Source of the DNA: the human T2T-CHM13v2.0 reference genome, Homo sapiens
DNA length: 64,000 bases
Assembly (NCBI RefSeq): GCF_009914755.1
Contig: NC_060928.1
Direction: 5' to 3' (one strand)
Shown: in pieces, positions 42,220 to 57,424 of the stretch
How positions within the stretch are numbered: the first letter of the stretch is position 1
Layout of the letters: each line of letters starts with the position of its first letter
Notes under the pieces: generated by a model
Told to the model about the DNA's origin: nothing
The model's input: the letters and a program-made list of their open reading frames with translations, nothing else
Databases searched by the model: none
Translations under genes and position numbers: made by a program

Positions 42220-42690
42220 AGATTTGGTGGCTGAGCAGGAGGCTTTTGTGGTCAGACAAACCTGGGTGCGAACCTTGCACTCTGCACACTCACCAGCTTA
42301 TGACCTTGAGCAGGTTAAATAACCTTCTTCGGCTCCAGTTACCTCACCTGTGAAGTGAGGATTACATCTATCTGAGGATTGTTATACTAACTAGAGTAAA
42401 TAGTAACAGTAGTAGCTAATATTTATAGAGTATTTATTTTATGCCAGGCATCGTTTAGGTAATAAAATCAGAAACAACGATAAAACTGTAAGATGAGTAA
42501 GGCATACATACATGTGTTTATATATAAACTTATTTAGCCCCCATAACATTACTGTACAGGAGAAACCTGAGGCTCAAAAATATTAAGCACCTTGCCCAAG
42601 ATAATTATCTAGTGATTTATGTGTATAACTTGGTGAGTTTAAACCCCAGCAGTCTGATGCCAGAATACCTGTAACAAATAAACTACATTA
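42220..42690. mobile_element. Two oppositely oriented MIRs
   Basis: Plus strand: gtcagacaaacctgggt...tgaccttgagcaggtt...cagttacctcacctgtgaa. Minus strand: gtagctaatatttatagag...ggagaaacctgaggctca...cttgcccaag. Confidence 0.6.
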
Positions 42691-45689
42691 CTTCCCAGAA
42701 AGTACTCGATAGGGCTTAGTAAGTAAAAATGATTAATAAATCACTTCTTAGAATTGAAATTCTAATACTGAGAGATATTTATTTCTCACAAATACTCCTT
42801 TTATTTTCCAAAAGTTATTTTGAGTAGCTTATAGTACAATAGATACATAATACAAAAACAAAAGACAAAATGTATAATGCCAAAGAATAGTAAGTAATAA
42901 AAGAAATCTGAAGATTAAACAAGGAGGGGAGAAAAAGAGGAAATTAGGTCATTAAATTTGAGGCATTTGGGGGTTATTCTATTTTTTTTCCTCTGCTCTC
43001 CCTGCTTTTCCTCGCTTGACTGATAGAGTATGCTTGTTAGGAAAACATGTAGATGTTTTTCAACAGCCACATTTCTTTATGCAGGTCTTTATGTATGTTT
43101 TGAGATTAGAAAATATCTTACCTGGCAACTCCCCCAAATTCCCCAGGCTGCAGACCATGAGTCAAGATATGGGCTGGGGGCTAGAAAGGGGTAAACTTCA
43201 AAAGGATGCTTGTGGTAAGGGCAAGAGCTGAATTTTTAAAAAATGATTTTCCAAGGTGTTTTAGGCAACAGTGAAGGTTTAAGTGGCTCTGCATAACTGT
43301 CAGGCAAGAATCACAGGAGCACAGAAGGGAAGGAGGCTAATATATTGTCAGGCAGATAAAAGCAGTGGGTCTCTGCCACACATGCACTTGCTGGCCTGAT
43401 TAAACTTAAGATAGATCACAGAATTAAATCTGAAAGTGCCAAAGCATTTACGAAGGTGAGAGGCAACAGGAGAGCACCCCAGGGAGTGCCTCACCTTCAT
43501 GAATTAGTCTTTCTCCAAGTCCCTAGACTCCATCCAAGGCCAAGATCACTGCAATAACAGATGCTCCACCCTCCACTGCAGATCTTTTACCTTCCAGTAA
43601 TTGCTAATCCTAAGGTAACTGGCTAAGGTAAAGACACCTGCTCTGAGATATTGGCGCTGGTTCCAAATAAACAGGGGGGACAAAGGAAAGGAAAAAGGCC
43701 AATCAGAGGGCTCTATTTCCAATTGGATGGAAGGGATCCTGATGAGACGGGGCCCTTTACCAGTTAAACAGATGGCAAAGCCTGCAGGGAACCAAGATGA
43801 GCAGTAATGATGCCAAAGACTGAACACAGAGATGCCGCCAGCCAGTGAAAAGTTTTCTAGGACAAAAAATAAGACTGGGCTAATATTTGTGTATTTGTGC
43901 ACCTTTTGGCTTCATAGAAAGCATACCAGCCTTACAAAGGTCACATTTATTTGCTTTCTCTATTCACCTAGAATCCTGCATGAAGACCTGTGCCAAATAC
44001 TGAGCAAAAACTATTTAGACCAAAGAATCCAATCAGCTTGGAAAACATTTATTTAATTAATTCATTGTGAAAGTTGCTACACTTAATACAACAAAATTGG
44101 ATTTCCCCTTCCTTCCTTTGCTTTGAGTCTTACAACAAGTTGCTTTCATTGATACATGAGCAGGCCAGGACTAGAGAAATTACGTTTGTGCACATTAGTA
44201 AAAATTCAGAAATAGCTGTTGATATTTGGGCTGGCTCTTTCCAAAACAATTTTTTTTGTAACTGCCTGTAAGCACAGAATATAGTGCTAAGACTTCTTAG
44301 AAGCATCCTAAAAATAGATAGAAACCTTCTCAGCTTTCTCTACTTCACAATTCCCACTCAATGCCACTTTTTTCCTCAAATTAATAAAACAGCAAAGTAG
44401 ATAAAATCTGGGACATGTAAGTCCTTGACTGACTCCTAACAGAAAACATCACAGAAGGCTTTAAAGGCAAACAACATATTGAGCTAGGATTATGTTCTCA
44501 TGTCATTGACTGTGGAAATCCGGCAGAGACTGATTTTCAAGGGTCAATGACATGAAATTGTTTCTTTTTCTATCTGCTGTTTCCAGCAGAGAGTTTATCT
44601 ATCTGATACGGAGAAAGGTTACTAGTCTACCTATGAACCAAACTCATATGCTTCCCATATTGGCATCTATATAACTATTATTAAAGCTGTTGTCAGTTAT
44701 ACATTTACCAGAGAGAAACACATTTCAAGTCACAAAAACCCTGCAGCCAGAGTAATCCTAGCCCTCATTCTGGCTGACTATGGGAACTACATCTCAGAAA
44801 GATCCAGGGATCACTTTCTGAGTTTGAGGGTAGGTTAATTTTAGACCACAAACATGTGTTCAGTAGCATAAGTGATCCACTATCACTCTGGGATAGTTCC
44901 AGGTATCTAGGATTTCTGCTTCTCAAATCTGAGTCACTTAAGCCACTACTGAAGGGATTCCACTATTTAATAGGAAACATCTGAGGGTCATTGCCATGGT
45001 GACACCTTGACTGGAAGATGGTCCGTGAAAATACTAGTGGGATATGTAACTTTTTAAAATACTGTATCAAGCCTTCTAAATCCAGTCAATTTGCAAAGAC
45101 ATTGCATCTGTCATGATTGAATCACTGGTGTGGAGACTGTTTGAGGGAAAGAATTAAAATGGCATTTTCTGTGCCTTTACTTATATGGTATCAATCAGTA
45201 GATCTCAATCTGGACTTCACATTCATGTAACCTGGGATGTATAAAAATATGCCAATGCATATTTTTAAGTATCAGAAACAGGCTACCTACTGCCTCACCT
45301 CTTCCTGGAGTAGTCCTATAAATGCTGACAAAAAAGATTCAAGAGAATATTTAGCCTAGTGATCTTTTGAGCCTATATTTTCCTCCTTTTTTTCCCCCCT
45401 CAAACAAAATTATGCCAGGAAACATAAGTATATCCGAAGGAGAAAGGGATTAAAGCAGTGTGCCTCCTTTCTCCTCGATGATGGCTGCTAAGGAGTGCTT
45501 ACACAATCCTGGTGCTTTCTGGAGCAAAACTAGAAAACTCCCAATCAAGACTGACCCTCTCATACTAAATAAAAGGAAGTGAAGTCCAGAGAGAGGATGA
45601 GTGAATCATCCAACGTCAAAGGATTAGTCACTAGCTAGCCAAACTAACACTAAGGTCTCCTGATTTCGATTCCAGCACTTTACCCTCTA

Positions 45690-46010
45690 TATTTACAAAA
45701 TATTGTACTGACTAGTCACATATGGCTTTTGACTACTCAAAAAATAGCTACTCCAAACTGAGATATGCTGCAAATCCACAGTTAGCACTGTATTTAGAAG
45801 ACTTGATACAGTATTTTAAAAAGTTAAATATAACATTCATATTTTAATATTGATTTTATGTTGAAATAATAATATTTAGAACATATTGGGCTAAATAAAA
45901 TTTGTTACTAAAATTAATTCCAACTATTTCTTTTTACTTTTAAAAAATATGTCTACTAGAACATTTAAAATTGCTTATCTAGCTTTCTTTTACTGGACAG
46001 TGGTATTCTA
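45690..46010 (+). mobile_element. MER33 MITE (second copy)
   Basis: ctagtcacatatggct...aactgagatatgctg...ttgaaataataatattt...ctactagaacatttaaaatt...ctggacagtg. Confidence 0.7.
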
Positions 46011-46109
46011 GACCCTGCATCCTTCTAAGTAAATGAGAACAAGGTGAGTGGAAATTAAATTTCTTAGCCTTTCTTCTTTCCCAACTTTGGTTTAATTTCT
46101 ACAAAACCT

Positions 46110-46280
46110 CAACCTATTTCAAAACTGGTTGCACACTGAGAATTGCTTTTTTAAAAGATGATGCCCATGCCCTATGTCTAGAGATTCTGATTTAACTGGT
46201 TTAGGGTAGGGCCAGGGCATTGGCCTATTTTTACCTAATCCCAGGTTACACAAATATGAATTTCAGATTGAGATCCACTG
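46110..46280. mobile_element. MER5-family MITE
   Basis: tttcaaaactggttgcac...gagattctgatttaactggtttagggtagggccagggcattgg...ttgagatccactg. Confidence 0.6.
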
Positions 46281-47998
46281 ATCCATACCATAAGTAAACG
46301 CATACAAAATGCTGGGCACTTTAATTTTCCCTCTTAACAAGCTCCACACCAGTCAATCAACCACAACAGATGCAATGTCTTTGCAAGTCCAGACACATTT
46401 ATTTCATCCCTCTCTGGAATCAGGACATGTACAGGAACAGCTCTTGTCCCATATTTCATGTGGCTACTGTGTGAACAAGGACTGTCAAAGATACTTATGT
46501 CAGCACATGTTAAGAGAACAGCTTAAGCATATCACATGTCAGACACAGCTTAAAACACTTTCTGGCCTGACCTCCTTAGATTGGAACACCATCTATTCCC
46601 TTGTGGACATTTGTGTATGTCACAGTCCACCATGCTAATCAAACTATATCAATTAATCAATCAACCAGCAGCACCTATTAGGCACCAACTATGCACTGTA
46701 TCCCATGCTAGGCAGTGAGAGGAGCAGGAAGAAATGGGCCACAGATAACAAACATAAGCCAACCCAAGCTCTGAAGAGCTTACCAGGTGGTATAATTATT
46801 AGTTTTTGCTTGAGATAGTTGGCAAAGTGTTAAACTGCAAAACTAAAGAACAAGTTTAAAGATGATGAGAAAAAAATATATAAGTAGTAAGAAAAAATTG
46901 TGTCTCTCTATCCTAAGGTTATGTCTGAATTCTTGGAAACTCTTTGATCCAGTTGCAGATTTCTCTTATTTAAAGTATATTATAAATATTTAATTTTTTA
47001 GATGACTCCAGGAGATGAAGTTGTTTTTAACTTATGAAAAGTAGAATATGTCTATTGTAAAACATATGCCAGTTGAAGTATAAAAAGTAGCTCCACCACC
47101 AAAATACGTGAATTCTGATTCTACTTCTGAACAAAGAGTAAAGAGATATGTAAGTACTAAGGAGTTTTCACTGAATTTTATTTGGGTTCTAATATTGAGC
47201 AATTAGGTTTAACTTATATTCTCCTAGATTAAAAAAAAGTATATCAGTATGGGGGATATGTGCTTATTTATGCACAGAATGGATATTCTGGATGCAAAGA
47301 TACACAAAACATGCTGTCTGGGAGAGAGAGCTAAAAATTAACCACAGCTAGCCCCTAAGAACTGTAAGAACATATTTACTAGGGTTCTACTTACGCTACT
47401 CCTTCAGACACTCATCACTTGCGTGTTTGAAAGTCTTTCACTTTTATTATAGATATTAATTCCCTTCAAATAAAAATACATATGGCCATCTCAAGTATGG
47501 TTAAATATTAGACTTGTAAACAGAAATATCCAGTTACAATTAAAATTTTTAAAAATGATTTTTTCAAAGATCTATAAATAAAAACACAACTTAGTAATTT
47601 ACTGGGTTTTTTTCCTGCTGCTATGATGACTTCTTCTATCCTTGTCAGAAACCTCCTTACTCACCTCCTCTAAATACTACTATACCAGTCCTGAGCCTTC
47701 ATATGTATTCAGTTGTTAGATACAGTATGTGTCTTGATCATTTTGCTAGCAGATTGAATACCTCATTTGAATGCTCACTGAATGTTCACATAAAAATATA
47801 GCAAAATAGTATCTTACATAACATACCAATGTGTTAAAGGGCATTATGGTACTCAAAGCACTTATTGAAATAAGCATTCTTCTTTTTTCTCAGGCTTACA
47901 GAATATATATTATACCCAGGACTTTTTGAGATTAAATCTGAAATGTGCTACAAGCAATTATTTAATAAAGATCAGACTAATTAAATGAATTATTCCTC

Positions 47999-48302
47999 AG
48001 CCGGGTGCGGTGGCTCACGCTGGTAATCCCAACACTTTGCGAGGCCGAGGTGGGCGGATCACGAGGTCAAGAGATCGAGACCATCCTGGCCAATATGGTA
48101 AAACCCTGTCTCTACTGAAAATACAAAAATTAGCTGGGTGTGGTGGCACATGCCTGCAGTCCCAGCTACTCAGGAGGCTAAGGCAGGAGAACCACCTGAA
48201 CCCGGGAGGCGGAGGCTGCAGTGAGCCGAGTTCACACCACAGCACTCCAGCCTGGGCGACAGAGCAAGACTCCATCTCAAAAAAACAAACAAACAAACAA
48301 AA
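47999..48302 (+). mobile_element. Alu (AluSc-like)
   Basis: ggatcacgaggtcaagagatcgagaccatcctggccaa; (AAAC)n tail; TSD aattattcctc / aattattcttc. Confidence 0.93.
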
Positions 48303-48754
48303 TTATTCTTCAACTATAAGGTATTAATAATTAATTAGAGAAAATAAGTACCTGAGCAGGACAGAGCCTCTTTTATTATCTGAATTTCAAAATAGTTTTT
48401 AAATGTTTATGTATATATATTTAAATATACTTATTTATGTATATCTATTCTTTATCCTTCCCATGTACAGATTTTCTCATGCTCCTTCCACCACATATTC
48501 TTGAGTCTAAGGATTCAAGGACACAGAAATGAGTGACAGTCCACAACTTCCTCTGCATGCAGTCTTGAGAAGTTCTATCACAACACTACTTTAATTTTTG
48601 ATATTTTGGTTACTTCATTACAATTGCAAATGGCTTATATAATGAATTATGTAATAATGATTCAACACTGAAGATTATTTGAAAAAAGTTATTTTAATGG
48701 TTTCAAAATATTTCAGCATTATTGATAAGTTTAAATAAAAGCTGATTTTTAAAA

Positions 48755-49090
<336 letters not shown>

Positions 49091-49138
49091 CTGATTTTTT
49101 TAATGTTGTTCAAAATTTAAAAGTTATACACACAAGTA

Positions 49139-49436
<298 letters not shown>

Positions 49437-50092
49437 TTATACACACAAGTCCAGTGATTGACACATGGACAATGCCAATCACAAATTATTGCATACATGG
49501 GCATGATAAAAGCAAAATTATATTTACTGATTTTGAAATATATGCTACTGAATGTTTAGATTAAACTTAGAATTATAAATATTAAATGTCTTAATTTATA
49601 TGTTTAAGTCAAATACTTAAAAAATTTAAATATATAATTGAAGAATTGTTGTTTTATACAAGTCTACTCTACAATGTTTTTTAAATTTCTTCAAAAATAT
49701 ATATATATTCAGGTACACCATGAGGTACCCCAACTATCTTGGATCTCCATACTAGATGAAATTATTACAACAATATTTTCAGCAAATGATATTTACACTA
49801 ATCCCCAGAATAGCAAACTAAAGAAATGCATGAAATCCTCCTCACTGGGATGAATTTAAAGAGAGAGGCTTTTTATTTATACATTTATTTTTTGGCCTTG
49901 AACATTTACTCTCTTCTCCAGAGAAAAATGCCATAGGAGAATAAGAAAATCAAGAAACAAACAAGAATAGATACTTTAAGACTAGACGAATTTATTTCTC
50001 AAGTGAGCCAGTCCCTTTAAACATGATAATTATTCCTTAGAAATGAGGAGTACCCAGGGATTCTGAAACTTTATTTAATCCAGGTACATTTT

Positions 50093-50136
50093 TAAAAATT
50101 TATTTATTTATTTATAATTAAGCTCTGGGGTACATG
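50093..50136 (-). mobile_element. Extremely 5'-truncated L1PA 3' end (44 bp) with 16-bp TSD
   Basis: Reverse strand reads catgtaccccagagcttaattataaataaataaataaa, similar to the L1PA terminus CATGTACCCTAGAACTTAAAGTATAAT plus A tail. Flanked by identical aatccaggtacatttt at 50077-50092 and 50137-50152. Confidence 0.8.
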
Positions 50137-52322
50137 AATCCAGGTACATTTTACCACTCAGAAATCCTCAACTCAACAGCCTAAGTAAGACATGAAATAT
50201 AAGGAAGGACTTTAGCTATTGAGTTGAACTACTCGACAGAAGTTCTTTAATCACTATAAATTTTAGAAACCTTTGTATTAATAAACCTTACAAAACATAG
50301 TACTTGCCTTCTTAGTCCTCAATCCTAAACTGGTAAGTTGATAGGAAAAAAAAAATCTATTCCCACACATAACTTGTTCCTTTTACCTTCTTCATTCAAC
50401 TCTATGGGCCAACACATTTTCCATGCCCACATGCCCACCTACCATCCCCATCCTCTGTGGTTAAAACACCTATAGGCATCAAAATCATTTTATTTAATGA
50501 ATTGACTTTCTCTTCTTTCAAAGGGTCTTAATAAAATGGCAAACATATGTCCCAAATGATACCAAATAATGTAAGTCTTAAGTGACAATTTAAGAATGTT
50601 AACCATTTTTGCATGTAAAAGGTGATCCATTAAAAAATAATAAATCCAGCATACAGCATCTTGTATCTGTGACCACAGTGAAGCAAAGATTGAAATATTT
50701 TGCCTGACAGTCACCCTCCAGAGAGCCAAGGGCAGGAGCTAAATTCCCAGGTTTGCATATAATTCCCACCTGCTCTGGCTCAATATGCCCTACTCGGGTA
50801 GGCTCTAGAGCAGGCTGCAGCAAAACATCAGGCCCTCTGGGTCTTTCCACGTTTCAGTAATGCTTACACTGTTTGCTTCCTTCTGATGACCAGATCTGTT
50901 CTCATCCACAGTCTGCGGTTCACCATTTCTAAGAACCACTTACTCATCTGAATAACACAGAATCATGCAGGAAGTTCCAATTCTCTGCACCTCTAATGTT
51001 CACTCCCCAAATCATAATCTTCACACATCTATTTAAAAATTGGAATGTCTTAATGACTACCACCTACAATAATATTCTCTCAAATTTCATTTTCAATTGT
51101 TTCATTTATCTTTAAAGTGAACTTGTCAATTTTGGTTTAAAAATCAAACATGCATTTTTTAATCCAGCAAATGGAAAGTGAACAATTTTATAATAAAGCT
51201 ACAACAAACTGCATTCCTTTCCTCAAAAAAGAACCACTCTTGGGAGATAATTTGCATCCATACGTAAGGTAAATTTTGTGCATAAAAGAAACTTTCAAGT
51301 AATTAAGGAAAGAGATTGCTGGAATTATAATGCCAGTTGCAAATTTACAGGTAACATCAAATCTCACTCCAACCAATGAGTCAATCAATGATCACTACTC
51401 AAAAAACAGAATAATTAAGTACAAGGATTAACAATCAAGTCCCATTGAGTGTCTAGTCCAGTACTCTGGCATTTGATATGTGTTTTTGAGTCAATGTAAG
51501 AAAGGATTGTCTTTTCCCCATCTCACTCACAATTTATTTAATACTTCTGTGGTACTAGAAGCAGTCTAAGAAGACAGAATAGAAAATAAAAATGCCTTGT
51601 TCAGATCTAAAAGTATATAATTATACAAATGATAGTCAATAGCCAAAACAACAGAACACTGAAACCTTCAGTTAGTAAATGTAAATGTCTTTTAAGTAGC
51701 CATTAGAATAAAGGTACCATGGATGCCACATGGTGTGGGGGAAGCTGGCGGCCCATATCAAAGAGTAGACAGACAGATGTGATCAAAAGTGAGCAACAGA
51801 TAGAAAACTGAAAAGGGACAAGAAAAAAAAATTGCAAACATTTTGAAAAACTAAATGATTTTCATCGCATATGTGAATGCAGGGTCACAAATAAATCTGT
51901 TGTTATTTATGATGCAAAATTATCCCTGTAACAATAAAAATAATGTTACATCAGTACAACAGTGCCCCACTGCTAACATCCTAAAACACTATCACATGGG
52001 ATTTCAGAAAGCAGTTCAAATATTTCCTTTAAAGGAACATTTTCCTAGTTTATAAGAATGCTATTAATATACATTTATTGAAGTATGATTCAATTAAAAA
52101 GACATTTTTAATTGCTAAACTTGCAATATCCAAGACTTAATAGACTAACACTTTCTCAGCAACTCAAGAGTCAGAAGTAGTTCAGGGGGACAAAGGCCTC
52201 CTTTTCCCTTCTTTTTAGTGTCTGCATGACAGGCTACCAGTCAAAGTGAATCCAAATCTTACCAGTAGACACAAATGAAAAATTTATTGAGAAATACAGC
52301 TGTTAAGAGTAGCTAAAAACTA

Positions 52323-52622
<300 letters not shown>

Positions 52623-53007
52623 GAGTAGCTAATAACTAGAGTATCTAACTCAGCCTAAGCACATATATAATGGCAAGCAGAATAATGTTAATTCCCATGA
52701 TATATGACTTTGGTTCCCCAAAGCATCCAAAAAGCTTCAGTTCCATAAGTTTTTCACTATCCAGATTAAACACACTCATTTAGGCATGATGGGCAGTCAT
52801 TTAGGCAGCACTGCAAGTGCCTTCATTCAAGTTTCATATATGGAGGTCACAACTAGCAGACTAGAAATACACTATATTTTATTATCACATAATTTAAAAT
52901 CACTCACTGGCTTAAAATTTAACTCAAGAAATAATCAGGATTAAATGTAGAACTACTAACAGGTTAATATAAATGTAAGATATAGGATATGTTAAGTGAA
53001 AAGTAAT

Positions 53008-53026
53008 CACACACACACACACACAA
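53008..53026. repeat. (CA)n microsatellite, about 9 units
   Basis: cacacacacacacacaca. Confidence 0.85.
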
Positions 53027-54759
53027 TCAGATGATATAAGTGTGTGCTACTCGAACAATGGAGTTGTATTTTGTTTTGAAGTCCCTTGATACATGATAAT
53101 ACTCCATTTATTCAGAGCTTTGGTTCCCATTGTTCTCAACAACCACAGCGCAGTTCCACACCTAGAGCAATGGTGAGAAACCTCACCACAAAATCCATGT
53201 CCTTTATTCCACAGGAGAGGAATGGAGCCATTCTTAGCACACTAAATACAAAGGGATGCTGGCATGGCATATTTCAGTGTGCATATATTCAGTTCTATAT
53301 TTCACGATAGTCCTAAGGAACATCAGGGGATATCCGTGATGGTATACATTCCACATTTCACAAATATCTTTTATTACAGATTACTAGACAATACTCTCTG
53401 TTACAAAGAAAGAGAAAGGTGTAATACAATTTCAATATACTCTCTTTAAACAGAATTTTAAATAATTTTAAAAGATACATGTCTTATGTGATTTCAGTGA
53501 AATATATCATTTCTTGTTTATGGCATATAATTGAAGGTTTATATACACTGTCAGTTCTTTTTTGGAATATAATTCAAATCAGTAGAAGGTTCTCATTCCC
53601 AAAAGAGTGAATTCAGTAATTCATAATGAAACAAAATATTCTTTGATTTGCTAATACTCTTTATATCGGGTTTATTTTCTTAAATGATATGTAGGGTACA
53701 TGCATTCATTACATATCGGAGGAAGAAAAATCTCACATTCTACTCATTACATAAATGGAAACTATGTAAAAGCAACTTTCCTTTATAAAGACAAAGGCAG
53801 AAAATATAGAAACTTCTACAATTGCTTTTCTGATATTCTTCAAAACAAACTGTTCAATAGCTCATGATTTTTGAGAATATTTATATTTGTAATTATTAGA
53901 AAGAAATAATTTATACTTCCATAATAGAGATTTTAACAGTCCAAAATGCAATAAAAGTTCAAGAATAATCAAAGAAATAAGGAGAAAATAAACAATTTTT
54001 TATGATTTGAGGAATATAAATTTGAGTTCAACTAACCAAACTGCCAAGTTACATTGCATTTTTTTAAAGCAAAATCCTAAATAGCATGTGAGTTTTACTA
54101 GAGCAATTTCCCAAAGGTATTGGCAATACTTATTCCCTACATAGCCAAGGGGGACCCAATTATTACTGTCACACCAAATGATAAACAAAACAAACAATAA
54201 TCAGTCACCCAACCTCTTCTGAACTCCCTTACCGCTAGACTGTAATTACCCTGGGGATCGCCATGCTCAAGAAAGAAAAAAGTATGTCCTAGAAGCAAAG
54301 ACAAAATTTTGGATCAGAATCACGACAAGAAGCCATTTAAAGTACAATTTTGAATGTAAGATTGATGTATTTTATTTATGCACATAATTTTCCTATTCCA
54401 GATGCTGCTATACAAATAAGAAGTGTATATGAATAGACATAGAATGATGTGGATCACTGTAAAGATAGCCTATGTACTGGCCACAAGGTCTACCATCACT
54501 TTTGTACTCAAGAAACAAAAGAAGAAAAATATAGAAAATGTCACTGCAATAATTAGGGATATGTTAAGTAAGTCATCAAGAGCCCACCAAAATTAGATTT
54601 TGTTAGTGACTGATGAACAGGTATCTAAAGAAAGTGAAATATTTTTAAATATTATTAAAAGAAAACACATAGAACACAAAACAAATACAAAGTAAAGAAA
54701 AATTACAGAACTTCAGAAAACTAGTTATTACAAAAAAGGAAAAGCAAAGCTGAGTAAAG

Positions 54760-54893
54760 CATCGAATAAAGGGTTTAGGAGATTGTTGAAATTTCATCGC
54801 AATTTTATGTGTTGCACAAATTTCTGAGAAGAAAGGCCATAATTTAATAGATTCTCAAAAGAGTCTGTGACCCAAAGAGGCTAAGGTCCACTC
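54760..54893. mobile_element. hAT-Charlie-type MITE fragment
   Basis: agattctcaaaagagtctgtgacccaaagaggctaaggtccact resembles a Charlie MITE terminus. Confidence 0.45.
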
Positions 54894-55109
54894 CACCAAG
54901 CTTTCCTCACCATTACCAGAGTAACCATCTAGTCTGGTTCCTCAGTTACCCCGTCTGGATTATTATGATAATGACCAGACTATTTCTCCAAGTTCCCAGG
55001 ATTATCTCACCTTAATCCACCTGATCCTCAAACTCTATGGTCCGGCTATAATCAATTACTCAGTACCCCAAGTATTCCAGGGAATTTCAAACATTTCTTC
55101 AAGCTTTTC

Positions 55110-55330
55110 AGAGACAGTAAGGTGAAGGAGTTAAAAGTATGAACTCAGAAGCCAGACTGCCTAGGTAAACCGTACCATCTTGAGCACATTATTTAATTGT
55201 TCTATGCTATAGCTGAAGATTAAACAAACTAATATTTGTAAAGTGCTTGGACCATTGAAGATTAAACAAACTAATATTTGTAAGGTGCTTGGCCCACTAC
55301 TGGCACAACACAAATTTCATAAGTATTCCT
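55110..55330 (+). mobile_element. MIR with internal 42-bp tandem duplication
   Basis: gttaaaagtatgaactcagaagccagactgcctagg, followed by two copies of tgaagattaaacaaactaatatttgtaa. Confidence 0.65.
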
Positions 55331-55719
55331 TATGATTAACAACTACCTTGTTTTACCTCCTTGGCCACACATCCTAATCATCCCTATTCAAATAGCACAA
55401 CTTCTCAAAACACACAAAGCTTGCTCTCCATCCAAATCCACCACAACCTTGGTACTAAATACTTCATAAAAATATATTTTGATTACCAAAATACAGCATT
55501 CTTTAGTTGGTTTGTGTTTATTTCTTTGTCTTTAAAATATAAAACATTCGCTGCCAGTATTAATTTTTACTCTTACAAGGCGGCCTACAAATCATTAGAC
55601 AAGTTCTCTGCAAAGTTCAAAAAAAGTTTACACATCTGTAGTTATGTTCTTAAATATCATCCAATTTCATGTTCTAATTTTCTAGTTGAAGAAACAGGCT
55701 CAAAGAGAGTAAGAGTAGT

Positions 55720-55990
55720 AATTATAATAACAATGAAATGATAAAATGTTAAGTAAATATATACATATAAATTGTTTAGAACAGTATCTGAGATGTAGTC
55801 AATTCTTACGCAGATTTACTTCACTGAATTTTCACAACAGTCTTGTGATTTGGGTACTATTATTCTACTTTTTATATTCCAAAACCCAGGCACAAAGAAA
55901 TGAAATGACTTTGCCAAGATCGCACAGCAAATAAGCAGGGGAAGCCAGGGCTCACATCAGGCCCCTGCTTTGGGGCTGTGCTTTTAACCC
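55720..55990 (-). mobile_element. MIR
   Basis: ttttcacaacagtcttgtg...tactattattctacttttt...aaatgactttgccaagatcgcacagc. Confidence 0.6.
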
Positions 55991-57062
55991 TTGCTATCCC
56001 CTCCCTGTAGATAAGTGACTCATCCAATGATCCAAAGGTAATTAAGGGAAGAACCCAAAGTACACATCCAGTTCTCCAGATTTCCCTGAATCATGCTCTT
56101 TACTTTTGAGTTCACTATTCCCTACCCAGAGTGATGGACATAGAAAGCCTTAAAAAAACATTTGTCTAGTGATTTACTGGTATATGATTCACATCTCACC
56201 ACATAATTTTCTAAATGCAATAATGTTTATTCTGCAAGCACAGTTTGCTCCTTGAATATCTTATCTGGCTCTTCTGCCTGCTTAATTTAATTGCTCCCAG
56301 CCTTAAAAGAGACCAAAATGTTACAAGGAACAACTGGTTCAGTATTCAGCTTGTAAAAGGTACATATTTTTTGTTTTAATTTAATTTTTGATGAGTTGAT
56401 CCAGAGATAAATGAGTCCCTCAAAGTTATTTCCACGTATGAACACTGAGCTTGGGTTCTACACAAAATAAATACTTCCATCAAAGCTAGCTGTTCCCTCT
56501 CAGACTGGCCTGTGATTTTGTTTAAAATGTGCCTCCTCTGCCTTTACTCTTTAAAAAGCATGTTAGTTAACCTGCTGCTGAGAATTTCCAGCAACACAGA
56601 GCAGAAACTGAGCTCTACATGCAACAAACTGTCATGGTTATTAGTTTTGATTTATCTAATTGCCTATCTTCACATAATAGCCTTAATAGCTGTGTGTCCT
56701 TGAGAAAATTTTTAAGAAACCAGTTTCATCACCTGTAGAATGGAGACAGTAAGTAATACCTATTAAAGAAGCTACTGAAAGGATTAACTGAGACCACACT
56801 TGCAAAAGTGCTTTGTGCAATACTGGTGTGAAGTATGAATTCAAATTTGTTTAACTTATATATTCTTAATTATTTGTCATTATTCTATTTCAGTGAATTC
56901 CCACAGGATTTCTTTTATTCGACATGCCTGCATTTTGGGGTATACTTGAAAACTCTCATTTGGCATATATATCACAAAAGCCCTAAGTATTAAGTAAATG
57001 CTTATACCATCTAATTGGTCTAACAGGATGGAACTTATCTGGCAACTGACAAAGATAGCCTC

Positions 57063-57424
57063 AACAGTGAGACCATGTCCTTTGCAGGAACATGGTTTGA
57101 GTTGGAAGCCATTATCCTCAGCAAACTAACACAGGAACAGAAAACCAAATAGGCCATGTTCTCATTTATAAAGTAGGAACTGAATGATGAGAACACATGG
57201 TTAAATGTGCGGGAACAACACACATCGGGGCTTGTCAAGGAGGGTGTTAGGGGAGGGAGAGCATCAGGTAGAATAGCTAATGGACCCTGGGCTTAATACC
57301 TAGGTGATGGGATGATCTGTGCAGCAAACCACCATGGCACACGTTTACCTACGTAACAAACCTATGCATCCTGCACATGTACCCCTAAATTTAAAAGTTG
57401 AAGGGGGAAAAAAAGAACAAAAAA
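57063..57424 (+). mobile_element. L1 3' end (older primate L1PA, ORF2 C-terminus plus 3' UTR)
   Basis: catgtcctttgcaggaacatgg...gaagccattatcctcagcaaactaacacaggaacagaaaaccaa...gcagcaaaccaccatggcacacgtttaccta...catgtacccct; diverged TSD aaagatagcct / aaagacggcct. Confidence 0.9.
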
